A stretch of DNA of 64,000 bases from Ramazzottius varieornatus (taxonomy: Eukaryota > Animalia > Tardigrada): the NCBI GenBank assembly GCA_001949185.1, contig BDGG01000009.1, positions 1,415,624-1,479,623 of the forward strand, written 5' to 3'. The first letter of the stretch is position 1; each line of letters starts with the position of its first letter. The translations under genes and the position numbers were made by a program. Shown here one piece after another: positions 1-11,975 of the stretch. The notes below the pieces were generated by a model. That model saw only the letters and a program-made list of their open reading frames with translations, searched no databases and was not told where the DNA came from.

Positions 1-2920
1 GCTCCGACAGAAGGTGCAACTGTCTGGCTACCATGTGAAGAATGGCTTTCTGATGGCGCAGAAACTGATACGACTCCAGGCTTCCTAACAAAAGAGCCTC
101 CTGTTTAAACATGGACAAACAAACGAAACGGAAGGAGGCGGAAGGGACCAACCTAGTTCGACAAGCGGAAGTTGTTGGGCCAGTCGCCCGATGGTCAGTT
201 CGCCGGGCCAAGTGAACTGGACAAAGTCCAGGAGGGCAGGCCCCGTCTTTTGATGCTGGCACAGCGTGTCGAGGATGTCGAGGGCCAGCTCGCTGCAGGT
301 CGGTAGTAAGTCATACAAACTCTTGCCAGCTTCGACCATCTGCAGGATGTTGTTTAGCGAAGACGTCGTCGCACCTTCTTTCGCTGTCAAGATATCCAAC
401 ATAAGGTCCAAAAAGCAGATGAATTTTCGGGTAAGGATGGGCATACTCAGTCAACGTACTTAGCATTGTAGCAATCGTCCCGTTTCTCACGGGAAAGCCC
501 AGTGCGACGTGGGCGATATTGGGGAACTGGCAGTCTTTCAAATTTGCCAGCAAGAGCTTCAGTGTCTCCTGGACCAACGTCAGGGCCTCTGTTCACAAAG
601 CAAATCACACTTAAACCAACCTTCGGTTACAACGAGAAACACAACAAGTACGGCATACTTGAAATAAAACGGCATAGGGTGAAACTCTACGTCTTGATTG
701 GGGGATATACAGATAAGTACCTGTTGACTCTAGGTTTGAGCTTTCTTCCTCAGCAGACTTGGGACTAATTTGCAAGCAGTCCATCATGTTGGCCAGCAGT
801 TCTTGGCTAAGACTATCGTCAAAGTGCATGATGGTCAGCCACTCGCTTTGATCCTGCAATCGTCGCGTCACAAACTCCAGTATTTCCATGGCATACTGGG
901 CAATGACGGGCCGTGCGGCGCGAAGTCTCAACAGCCTAGGCAAAGAAGGCGCTCTACACTTCGACCTACATACCCTGTACTTAGCTTCATCGGCCATAAC
1001 AAGATCATACTTTACGAAGACAAACACAAAGTCTCTGCGAGTAGTGCGAGCGTTCATGGAAGAGGCAATGATTTCGTCGAGCCCTCGGACGATGGCATTC
1101 TTGTCATGTTGAAGTAAGAGGCGCAGGAACTCGTTGTGGCGCTTAATAACCGTGCGCAATATGGCCAATATGTGGACAACCACTTCTTCCAACTTGGCTC
1201 GTACTGTCAGAAACCAACTCGATCATGGCAAGCAAATCGCAAAAGACTGGAGGGAATAAGGCCTAAGAAAGACTTTACCTGCATCTCCATGACTCTTTCC
1301 GTGTTCTTCTGTGCATACAAGCAGCCAACTAAGGAGCTGCAAAAGAAAAGCTAGGCTGAATTTTCATGAAGGACGATATGGACAGGCCTACTTGACCTTT
1401 TCGAGGAAAGCCGATCCTTCAAGGATGCGACGACGGAGTGTATATCCAGGGTGGGAGGTCATGGCCGGGACAAAAACCAGGCTCATGTCGTTGAGGGAGC
1501 GCAGACACTTTTCGAAGAGCATCAGGCACGACAACAAGACATCCAGCTGCAATCAGTAGCAAAGCAGCTCATGGTACACTGGCGACTTCAAAGCAAAAGG
1601 CATTCCTTTCAGCTTACGTGTTCTTGAGGAGTGGAAAAGCTTCGTTCGTCGGCCCGAAGAAAAACGGCGTCGTAGACATAGTCGGTAAAGTCCTGAAACT
1701 GCTGAAGGAACTCCGGTACTATCAAATACAAGTCCATCATAAAACGATGACTTTCGAGACACACGTTGATGATTTCAAATGCCATAAAAAGTTACTTAGG
1801 GTGTGTGCCGTCAAATTGTCAAAGATGCGGTAAATGAGCAAGTTGGTGGCTTTGGTCACGGGAAACTCGCGGTGGCGAACCTCCACCTCTTCCATCTCGT
1901 ACTACAAAAGGAAGCTAAAAGAGGAAAAAGCTGTGATGCTTCGATCATATTGCTTGGCTTGAGTACCTTTAAGCCTTCCCTGGGACCGGTCACAGTCAGC
2001 GGTGCGATCTACAAACAAGGATACTTGATCTATATCCTCTACGGAGACTAAAGATCAAGTTGGAAAGACCTACCAGTGGTCCCATATACTGCCAGATTAA
2101 CAGCGCCGATCCCGATGACTTGGCAAAGGAAGCCAGCGCTCGTAATGTGGTGGCTTTCATGGTGGTGGGAATGGCACAGCTGACCAGCGTGGACAAGATG
2201 TGCAAGGGATGGTTCCAGTCAGGATTGTCGGCAATATACGCTCGACTTCCTTCATCCTAGCAAAATACTACACATTAGCTGAACCACTCCCCAGCCAACA
2301 TTGACAGATTTGAATGAGACATGACAAGATGCCACCTACGTGTTCTGCGATGTTGCCGATGAGCTCGATCAGGACATCGAACGTCTCAAAGTCCTCGCTG
2401 GTTGTTTCTTCCGGTTGGGACTTGGCGCGCCAGCCTAGGCCGCTGGACGAGCCGCTCCATAGCTTGTTGCGGAAATCCGTCAAGGCTCGGAAGAAGTTGT
2501 CGTAGCTCAAGATTCCTGCAAGCAAAACATTCCTACTTTAGCCTAGGAAAGTTAGAAACAGCCGCCGATTTCGAGCTGTTTAAACCTACGAGAACGTCGA
2601 GAGCGAAGGTAACTGTTGACCACTCTGGCCAAATGTTCATTGACGATGGCGTGAGCTAGTTGTTTCAGAGTGTCGACCAGCAAGGTGGGGTCCGTTTGTT
2701 GCTCCTCTCCAACTTTTCGAAGTAGCCGTAGCACAGCATCCTGCAAATGAACATCAGTTTAATAGCCATCATGTACAGTAGTTACTGCAGACGGAAACAG
2801 CTGCATCTATGCTGAGATCGTCAGCCTGAAGCTCACCGATTGCGGATCTTCTAGCCCATCCGAAGGACTGCTCCTGCGATTCCTCGAATCCTGCCTCAGT
2901 ATACCAGCAGGACGAACCAT
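1..2920 (-). CDS. NUP205: Nuclear pore complex protein Nup205-like, multi-exon; 3' part runs off the window start
   Basis: Spliced fragments follow Nup205 in order: LSYDNFFRALTDF (cf. VSWEHFFHSL), DNPDWNHPLHILSTLVSCAIPTTMKATTLRALASFAKSSGSALLIWQYM (cf. EHPQWTPVVVILGLLQCSIPPVLKAELLKTLAAFGKSPEIAASLWQSL), HPGYTL (cf. PPGFSL), MEEVVVHILAIL...LSQELLANMMDCL, FPNIAHVALGF, CSELALDILDTLC..TGP. Putative ATG at 2920. Confidence 0.8.
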
Positions 2921-3428
2921 CTTGAGACGAAGGAGAAATGAGTACAGCCGGAGCCGCTTACAGAGTTAGGGAGTTGAAGTCAATGCCGCTTTTTAGCAGT
3001 CATTGGGCAATGCGGGGTGGAGCCTGGACCAACAGGCGATATCACAGGTAGATCAAACTATCTAGTATCCGCAAAGCTCTGAGATGTAGAACAATCGATG
3101 AACACCTTCAAGATTCAGGAATCAAACGCAGGAACGTACGATACAGGAAGAGTTTGGAACTGGTCCAACTGGAAAAGAGGAATTTGACTGACCTTTCGCT
3201 CCAACTGCTGCTCCCTCGGCGACGCTGCGCTGTCGCCCACTCGCCCCCTGCGTTTTGCTTACCACCCTGGTCCACCCCGCAGTAGTTCAACTTACATATC
3301 GTCAGCACTGTTCCTCTCTTTTTTAGTTTTTATCCTCGTACGAAGTTCTAAGTTTCAAGAACGATCTCCGAACAACCGGATGTACTCTCATGCGATGCTC
3401 ACGTTCTTCGTTGGCTTTCGATGAGCAT

Positions 3429-3745
3429 ATGGCCGAACGGGATGTTTCCACTGCGGCGAAGAGAGCAGAGCGCGAACTGCAGCGTGTGTTGGCCGAGAAG
3501 AGCTCACTGGAAGAAATGCGGGAAAAGATACTGCGGGAACTACTCAAGCTCGAGGTATGAAATCTGACAAAGGCACATGATAACGGTGCTGTGTTTGTAA
3601 CTACTCATCTTTTTTTCAGGCCGAACAAAAGTATGCCGAAGGAGTACTGAAGTGCATCACCCGCATAGAAAATCTGCCGACCCAGCCAGGGCGAAAGAAT
3701 GTTCCTCCAAGCAACTTGGATTTCGATTTTGATCCGGAAATATAA
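3429..3745 (+). CDS. Small (~83 aa) two-exon coiled-coil protein, possibly SNAPC5/SNAP19-like
   Basis: MAERDVSTAAKRAERELQRVLAEKSSLEEMREKILRELLKLE | intron 3555-3619 (gtatga...ttcag) | AEQKYAEGVLKC...DFDFDPEI*. The heptad pattern resembles the SNAPC5 N-terminus (RLQELRKEEETLLRLKAALHDQLNRLKVEE). Confidence 0.45.
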
Positions 3746-4033
3746 GCTGTCATTAGTCCACACCCTCGAAACCTTCCAAAGATGTGCTGAGAGCTTATTG
3801 AGTGAATCCAGAAAGATTTAGTGCTTTCAATAACTTTATAAATTCAAGCATTTCAATATCATAAAAAAATTACCAGTGTATCACTCGGTTCTTTTCGGAA
3901 TATCTGCTGAATGTAAAAAGGATCGTTGGCAGACGAAGCTTCCATGTTTGGAGGAGGTCAGAGTCTCTGAGAGCGAGAGGAAACCCAATATCCCATTACC
4001 ACCTTGTGAGCCAGTAGCGATCATAAGGGTGGC

Positions 4034-4297
4034 TCAGATGCCACCACCGACCCGATCGCGAGGAATAAGCCGAAGTTCGGATCCATGCTTGAGGAAGACA
4101 TTGCCAGCTGTTTGAGCAGGGTTAATGCCAATGCCGTCGTTGGTGATGATGGCGCTGGTCGCTGGTGCGACTTTGAACTCCTCCGCAGCAAACTTGACTA
4201 CGGCAGTAAAGGGTGTTTCCGACGGCACAGCCAACACCTTGAATGGCAGTTTCGGATCTGAAGTCAGGGTGATCTTGAAAGTAATTTTCGAAGTCAT
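4034..4297 (-). CDS. UFM1: Ubiquitin-fold modifier 1 (intronless CDS)
   Basis: Near-identical to UFM1: [20 protein letters not shown]...[28 protein letters not shown], followed by a GGI tail. Confidence 0.98.
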   Translation of the reverse strand: MTSKITFKITLTSDPKLPFKVLAVPSETPFTAVVKFAAEEFKVAPATSAIITNDGIGINPAQTAGNVFLKHGSELRLIPRDRVGGGI

Positions 4298-5041
4298 TTC
4301 TGGACCACGGATGGGGCTGCACGCGATGGTGATCCCTCAGGTCCACGACGTGCCAACGACAACCTTCCTTCCAGGATTAGCCCACGATTTCTTCCAGTAG
4401 CTTCGTGACTTCGTCAAACCTCTCAAAAACAGCAACCACTAACTTTTCTTACGAATGTCCGAGCTCTCTGTTCTCGTAGGAGACCAGGATATCCGCGACG
4501 AAGGATGAGCACTTGGAGAAATTAGGAACTTTGACTTGTAACAAGATTGCCAGCTGGCACTGGCGAGTCCGTTTCTGGACCGTCTGTCACGGTTTGTAAC
4601 GTCATCCGTCACTTAAAAGCGCACTGCCACGTGCCGACAGATGGCAGTGCTAGAGGAGGACCGTACGCCCTTCAGCTTGTACAGTCTGCTTCAAAACACC
4701 TCAGAAATAAGTATTCGACCTGCTTGGTTTACTAAAAAAATCTGGTTAAAAAAAGAAGGAAAGAGCAAGTTATGGTATAAGTGTACCAGAAAGCGCCGTG
4801 TACATCCAGGCTACCGCCGTATAACATTTGTACCGGGCTCACGCCCGGTGAGTATACATCTTAAGTGAAAGATCTCGAAAGGAAGGAGTCAGTTAACGTT
4901 AGAACTGCCGAACGAAAAGGAAGCAAGCGAATGCGGTTAGATCAGAAAGCGTATACTGGCAATCGTACTCACGGCTTCAGCACACCGTAAGTCTTTCACG
5001 TTACTAACAAACCACCAGGACAGACACCAACACTTCTTTCG

Positions 5042-6342
5042 CTAAAAAGATATCTCAGATTCCCACTCGGAATCCAACGATGACGATGACGAGGTGGCAG
5101 CGTAAGAGGAGGGTACAGAGGCGCCCTTGGGAGAGTGCTGGTCGTCCGGGCCTACTAACACCGAGATCCAGCCTTCGTTGGCCTTTTGCTTCCCAGGTCG
5201 GCCTGGACGGCGACCCGGACCCGCAGTTGCCGAGGACGGCCGGTTAGGTTTCCGTCCAGGAGCTATCAGCTGCTCTCCAAGCTTCAGCCGTTCCGCCTTG
5301 TACCTTTCAACCAAACTTTCTTCCACTGTACTTTGTTCCAGCCACTCTAAATCGCCGCTGGCTTGCCGGACCTGCAGCAGTATTCGTCCCTGGCTGCATC
5401 GGTGCTGCACAACCTCTTTATTACACACGCGTGGCTTGTGCCAGGACCTTTTCTGGTTCTCATCGTCACCGATGCCGATGCCCAAGTCATCATCGAGGAC
5501 AGCATTCTGCAAAATTTTGGCCCGTATTCGCCTCTCGCATTGTCGGACAGGAACAAAGTCGCTGCTCGTACACGTGCTTGCCAGGAAGCGGCTATCTGTA
5601 CTGGACAGACTGGGAGTGCTGTCCCGAGATGCTGAACTAATGCTCCTTCCGCACCACGATCTGTCGTCACTCTCTGCAAAATGACACATCAGCCGATCTA
5701 ACAATGTCAAGTGCAGCCAGAATCGCCAGATGTGTCGCACAGAGGTACCGTAGGCCAATCAAGAGAGCGAGCTAATCATCGAACTAACCACTCAACTTCT
5801 TTCTTCTGTTCTTTCCCTGCAGCAATGTGTCTATCCTCAACCTTCTTTTCAGCTTCTTCCGATCTTCCCCACCAGAAGGCTGTGCAAGCCGGACTGCAGA
5901 ATCCTGGTCAGCGGAGGTATGGTTATGCGGGAGAGAAGCTGTCTTCGATGCATGTACGGAGATGGAAGGAGGCTTTACGCTCAAGCCTGTATCAAAGGAC
6001 AGTAGTGTCAGGATCAAAGTTTCCTTCGCAAGACTAGGAACGATGCTTACCACCACCTTGTTTGAATATCTGTGAGAACGCACTGACATAGTCGTCCGCC
6101 AATAATTTCCCGGCGTCCTTCGGAATTTTTGAGCGATCCAGGCGAGCGTATGAGCCATCTAAATAACAAGGAAGTTCCATAAGACTGCAGTATACAAGAC
6201 AAACCAAGGCTTCGTGGAAAATTGAACAGGGAGCTGAACGACGACCGCAACCATGTTCACCTGTCTGTGGTACTCCAGTAAAGTCTGTTTCGAGGTGGTA
6301 TCTTATGTGGGTTGGCCAGCTCTCAACGGGGGATTCCGCCAT
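5042..6342 (-). CDS. Uncharacterised nuclear protein with a chromodomain-like segment (4 exons)
   Basis: Splices MAESPVESWPTHIRY.. | DGSYARL.. | GLSVKPPS..KKLKRRLR..KNRRKKL | ESDDR..EISF*. The segment KEVVQHRCSQGRILLQVRQASGDLEWLEQSTVEESLVERY resembles a chromo fold. It also has basic NLS-like runs and an AT-hook-like RRPGRPGK. Confidence 0.55.
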
Positions 6343-6394
6343 GATGTTCGGGAGTCCAGGCTCCGAATTCCAGAGGTGCGGATGTTTTGATCAT

Positions 6395-6555
6395 AATTAA
6401 GAGATTGCGGAAACCGGTCAGCGACGAGGCGTCAGGATCAGGAATTCTATACACTGATTCATTGATGCTCTGCCACTGTGGTCGTTTTCTTGAATAGATT
6501 TCCCGATCCTGATCCTGACGCATCGTCCCTGACATGTTTCCGCAATCCCTCGAAT
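6395..6555. repeat. Inverted repeat (~45-55 bp arms, ~45-60 nt spacer); hairpin or tiny MITE
   Basis: gattgcggaaaccggtcagcgacgaggcgtcaggatcagga (6403-) matches the reverse complement of tcctgatcctgacgcatcgtccctgacatgtttccgcaatc (-6547) with 4 mismatches. Confidence 0.8.
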
Positions 6556-7095
6556 GTTTCAGCTCGTGCACCGCCCAGATGCCAGTGCCTAATCCAATCA
6601 ACGCCTCGTTTTTCCATCGAATTTGAATATGGTTGGCTATAGGGTTCCAAAAGTGGCCAAGGGAAACTTTAAGAAAACCGCAATTTCGTGAATGCGGTTA
6701 TAAGGAACGGCCTTTGGCGGAAGTGTTAAGTGTTGTCTGAGTTGCAGTTTCTGCAGAGTTTTGAGTTCTTACCGGTTGCATCGATTTTGAAGAAGATACG
6801 TTCCGCGTGATCCTATGCGTTTGATCCACTGTATGCCGGAAACACTGGCTGGAGCGTGGATGTTTGCTTGCGCGTCGACTTTGTGATCATCGTCGTGTGG
6901 AGCCACATCCGGAAGTGAACGGGTGATCAGACTGGTGTAGCGGTGCTAGACCGTTCTGCTAGTTGGATCTAACTGCCATCTTCTGGATTCTCCTAGATCA
7001 GCAAACTGAGCTTTCCTCCCTCCCATTTATCGAGTCGGCGCTTGACGTCGACGTCTCGTTTCATCTGCATCATTGTCTCATCCGCTGTTTTGACG

Positions 7096-7752
7096 ATGTC
7101 TGCTTCTGGGGTTGGTACCATGATCATTACTGCATGACAGTACACTTTTCCATCGGCGTATCCAACTTGCTTGTCATGCACAAGTATGACAGCGTTTGTT
7201 GTTGTCTTTCTAGGCTAGTGGACACGGTGGAGCTGCTCGCGGTCATGGTGGCAGCGAGCGCGGGCACGGCGGAGCTGATCGGGGACACCATCATCAGAAT
7301 CGTCCCGGCCAGAGCGATCGCAATGCGGAGAAAAAGCCAAAGGAAACGCTGTTCGACCTGGCGCGCTACTTGGACAAAGTCATGCACGTCAAGTTTGTCG
7401 GCGGACGAGAGGCCAGTGGCACCTTGAAAGGATATGATGCGCTGCTGAACCTGGTTCTGGATTGCACGACGGAGCTTCCTCGAGGTACTAGCCCTCACTC
7501 GCTTGAGCTCATTTGCTACTTTCTTGATGGATTTGACTTCTCTGTGGTAAATATGGCGTCAACGTATAGCCATCTAGCCGCCGCAGTCATTTTTGTGTGT
7601 TGGTTGCAGGCGATTCGGATGAGCCGACTCGGTCTGAGGAGAAGCGGGAGCTGGGACTGGTGGTGTGTCGTGGTCCTTCCATCGTCATGCTCTGTCCTGA
7701 AGGTATGGAGCCCATCTCAAATCCCTTCGTGTCCGCCGCCGATGGCGAGTAA
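7096..7752 (+). CDS. LSM7: U6 snRNA-associated Sm-like protein LSm7 with an N-terminal GHGG-repeat extension
   Basis: KETLFDLARYLDKVMHVKFVGGREASGTLKGYDALLNLVLD | ...RELGLVVCRGPSIVMLCPEGMEPISNPF. The first exon and start codon are uncertain. Confidence 0.92.
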
Positions 7753-8215
7753 GGACAAGATCCAGTATACGCACTAGAATGGTCTTCTCCAGGATCTCAC
7801 GTGGATCTTTCGAGTTTTTTTTTGTCCTTCTGACTTTCAACTTCCCCGCGGTTTCAAGTTCTTACTCTTAAGCTGGGGATATGTGCGTACCTGTAGTTTG
7901 CCATTCAGAAACCGTATTACGCACATTTGATTTTGGGAACCCAATAGGTGAATCAATTTAACCAGTCCGTCGTCTCGATTCCTTCAAGAGCAAAGCAGAA
8001 TGTTTCTGTCATTATCCATCACCACCAACTCGAAACAGTGAAACACGAACACATTGTCTGAGAAGCGGAACAGCACGGCCAGAGTTTTCAGCAAACAAAC
8101 AACAAAAGAATCAAGGCTGGAGAGAACGAGAAGCTACTGTTACAAAGCAGGCTAATAAGTATGGTTAACAAGACCCAAGGGACCAGGGTATACGGCGAAT
8201 GTCACACAGATGAGA

Positions 8216-11121
8216 CTATTTCTTCTTGGGCTTGAGTAAAAGCGCAGGCGATTTCGTTGTTGACTTGACCGTTCGGACAGGTCGAGAGGAAGTGGCGACG
8301 ACGGGAGTCGGTGTTGCAGAGGCCTTCTTCTTGCGAATGACGGTGGGAGTGGCCTTGACAGGAAGCTGTTTGGCTGGCAAGCCGCTGACGGAAATCTTGA
8401 TGCGTTGCGGCATGGTGGAGATGGGAGGTCTTTCCTTCGTACTGCTAGCTGCCAGTTGGGAGCTGCGCTGTTGTCTTAGCGCTGCTATCTGCTCCGCTGC
8501 CCTGTCAGATTTCAGCATTTCACTGACACGCTTCACTGCCTAAAACATGAAGATAAGTTATACTTATCTGCAGTTATTAAGACGCACACCAAGAAATTGT
8601 CCACAGAGGTATAAGAGGGAAGTTGCCTTTTGAAAGGTCTGGTAGAAGTTGAGGAGCTGTCTGCTATGCTCGGAGACGGGAATGTCGAAGCTATTGAAGG
8701 CCAGAGCATTGAGTGCCATCAGCGAGACGGCGGACTGTTCCTCCGGCGTGTCACATTTCAGGCCGGCAGAGGGATCGGCAAAACGGCTGATACTCTTGGT
8801 CCTAACAATACACTAGACAAATTAGCACTGATTAATAAGCCTATAGACGCATACGCACCTTCTGACGCATTCCGTGTAGTCTTTGTTCTTTAGCGCGAAG
8901 GAAAGCTTGAAAGGATCAAAGTCGACCAAACTGCAACAAGAACGTCATTTCCAACACGTCCCTCTGGACCATCAAGTGAGAAGCCTACTCTGTCGGAGGC
9001 GTCAGCGTCAGATAGATCTTCATAGCCTGCAGCGACGCTGCCATCACTTCCTTCGGCACAGACCTGAAAGACACACTGCAGAAGTTTGGTGGACTGATCA
9101 CTGGATATTAAGCCTACGTACGTCTTTTCTTGTTCAACATGGCGAGCTATGATAGGCAGCAGAGGCGCTACTCGGCGTTTCCGTTCCTCTTCGTCCTCTA
9201 CAGGTGTCTCGGCTTCCGCTGGCTCGCCACCCGACCTAGAAGAAAGAAAGCGAAAGCGTCAAGTAACGTGAGAAATATTGGTGGGTTGCTTGCAAACATA
9301 TCTTACATGATTGCCACATCGCTCGCTTCACTTTGTTCGGTGAGACTTGCCGACACTCGGTCGCCGTTGTCGCCTGCCGAAGGCTCCTTCTCTGTTGACA
9401 ACTCTTGCAGGTTCCTCGAGTTTTTGCGGGTGTGCTTCTTGGGCAAGGCAATGGGCTTGGGTAGTACAGCCTTCCTGGCTCTGCCTTTGGCGGTGGTGGC
9501 CATCATCTCACTTTCTGCGGCTGCTTCAAGCTCTTTATCTGGCTGTTGCGAAGGCCTGGCCGTTTTGTCAGGGCTAAGCTGGAAGCCCAAGTGGCTTTCC
9601 GCTTCGTCTCTTGCAGCAGGTTCTGTAATGGCGCTGTCGTCCAGGCCGACCTCCTTCCCTGAAGGAAGAAGCACAGAGGCCAATCGGGCTTTCTCCTCGG
9701 AGCGCCCTTCGCTTTCCGGCACCAGCGCAACCTCGGCCTTATCGTCTAGTACATCAAAACTGTCTGCTGATGTGGACGGCATCTCCTCCCTAGTAGAAGG
9801 AGAGACACGCGCCTCCTCCGTCTCCATGGGCTGCTCGACAGGCTAAATCAAAGAGAACATTTCCACATCTTTTTAATGACAATGAACGGTCTGGAGCAGA
9901 TTGCAGCTCTGAAGGTGGAGAATGGGGATAATTGTCGATGAGGCTTACCGGCATGGCTTCTGTGGCTTCGGTGTTTGCTTGCTGGACCTTGGGAGGAGAA
10001 CTTGGGACCAAGCCAGCCGCAGTGTCGGCCGTCGCAATGTCGTTGATTTCTTTGGATATAGGGAAGCGTATGCCGAACTGGCGATACACAGTCTGGAAGT
10101 AGGGGATGTAAGCTTTGGCAACGTCCGGGAACTTCTTGTGCACTGCTTGACTAAAAACGAAAGGGTGTCAGTGTAGCCACGTCTGACAGTCAAGTTTCTT
10201 CCTAGACTAATGGTTTTGCTCACTCGAAGTAGGTACGGAGGACGCCGTTCAGTTCGTTGATCAAATCCATAAGAGCCGCGCCGTCTCTGGCCGTCGAACG
10301 CGGAATCTTCTGCAAGGCTTCCTTGTACCTGAACAGAAAGCGCTGTTTTCTACGAGGAAATGCAAAAAGCTATGAGTTATGGACGTACGACTGGAATTTG
10401 GCCCGTCGCCCTTCGTTGTCCTCCAGTTTGACCCACTGGTTGAACTTGGATAAGAGAGCCAAGGAAAGACGTTTGGCCTCACTGGCATGTGTATAATCTC
10501 GATGTGCCTGGATGGCGGCCGTCTCAACTCTGTAAGAAACAGAAGGTTCAAGTCCACAACTTTTTCCCCCAATGGCAATGAATCGACCATGGAAGCTGCG
10601 CGACCATCGTCATGCTGACCTGTTGGACCACTGTAGCTCTTTATAAAGCAGGTGAAGATTCTGTAAAGACATACTGGCATCGGTGCGCTGAAGGGAACAA
10701 GGGGGAAGGTTTGGTAAGGTGGACTTACATCACCCTCGAGAAGCATGGAAGCGGGCGGGGATACATGGTAACGTTGTCGCATGGATGCAGTCAGTTCCGG
10801 CCTGCAAAAGAGTACTGTTCAGTGCTGACGTGTCGGCTACTGAAAGAGGCTCACCAACCAGTTGACAATGTTTCCACCGTCCATGATGTTGGCGACGTTG
10901 CCCGTCAGATCAGCAAAGAGTCGAAGGAGCGTTCGGTATCGGATGCTATTGGAAAACTGGTCCATAAACTCTTGAGGAGGTACAGCTGTTCCGGCCACCG
11001 ACCGCTGCTTGATGGGCACGTCCGACTCGTCACCGTCCACTGTAGGAGAGAGCGCTTTGGCGCGTTTGGCATTAGAATCGTCCGATGCTGTCATGCGTTT
11101 GAGGGAAGGAACGGTCGCCAT
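8216..11121 (-). CDS. Divergent bromodomain protein, BRD8-like (multi-exon)
   Basis: The C-terminal spliced segment DFDPFKLSFALKNKDYTECVR..CDTPEEQSAVSLMALNALAFNSFDIPVSEHSRQL aligns with the bromodomain motif (LMFQNAVMYNSSDHDVYHMA). The N-terminal SIRYRTLL..NWPELTASM..LYKEL resembles the BRD8 SANT-like N-terminus. A long acidic linker lies between them. Confidence 0.6.
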
Positions 11122-11975
11122 CTGCAAAGGACAGCAACATTATCAACGACGCCATTAGTACAGCATTCATCAAAACTGCGTCTTTCCTACATACGCAGAC
11201 TAGGCTGGGATCCGCTGTACTTGAACTTACATTGAGGGCAGGTAGGATGGGTAAACGGGAGGGAGCAAGGCAAGACTAGTACGACGACAAAACTTGCCAG
11301 ATTGATCCAAGTGCTGGAGTTGCCTAAAAGTCCCCTTCGCTCACGCTCCCCTCATCAACGCAGGGGCTCCTTCGTCGGGAAAAAACTGGGGCCTTCTGTT
11401 GGAAGGCCAATCTGCATGCTAGAAGGTTGCGGTGAAACACACAGACAAATTACACTCGATAGATGATTCACATACAGGAACAAAAATGAAAACAGACCTA
11501 CGGAAAAATTAACAAATATAAAATAGAAGGCGTGGCTTTCGGGAATATGATTGAATGGTCCATGTCCAGTAGCCGCCACGGTCACTTTCTGTTATCTCGC
11601 GGGTCTCCCAGCGATGGGTGCAGCACTCGTTTAAGCAGCATGGAAGACGTTGACGAACGAGTTATTCGAGAGCTTTTCAAAATATTCTATGGCAGACGCG
11701 CAGTTTTGAGGTTGCATCTTCGCATTTTGCAAACGATGATGACGAGACCGTTCGTGCCTGTTAGAGAGTCGCTAGGCTTTTCAATCTTTGCTCCTTTCGA
11801 GCGCATCATAAACAACATCAGGGATAACACTACAAACATTAAGAAACATCACAAAAGCCATGAAACCTCTGCCTGGACAGTGCAACATTATGGCCTCAAA
11901 TCCCACACTACAGTTATGACAGTAGTCGCAGTACCACCGAGTTTATGATAACAAGGATGCCAGAAACGAAGGATG

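Noticed and set aside
9130-9846. Long antisense ORFs (238 aa here, similar ones at 5127, 10612 and 55260)
   Set aside because: Shadows of real coding exons on the opposite strand.
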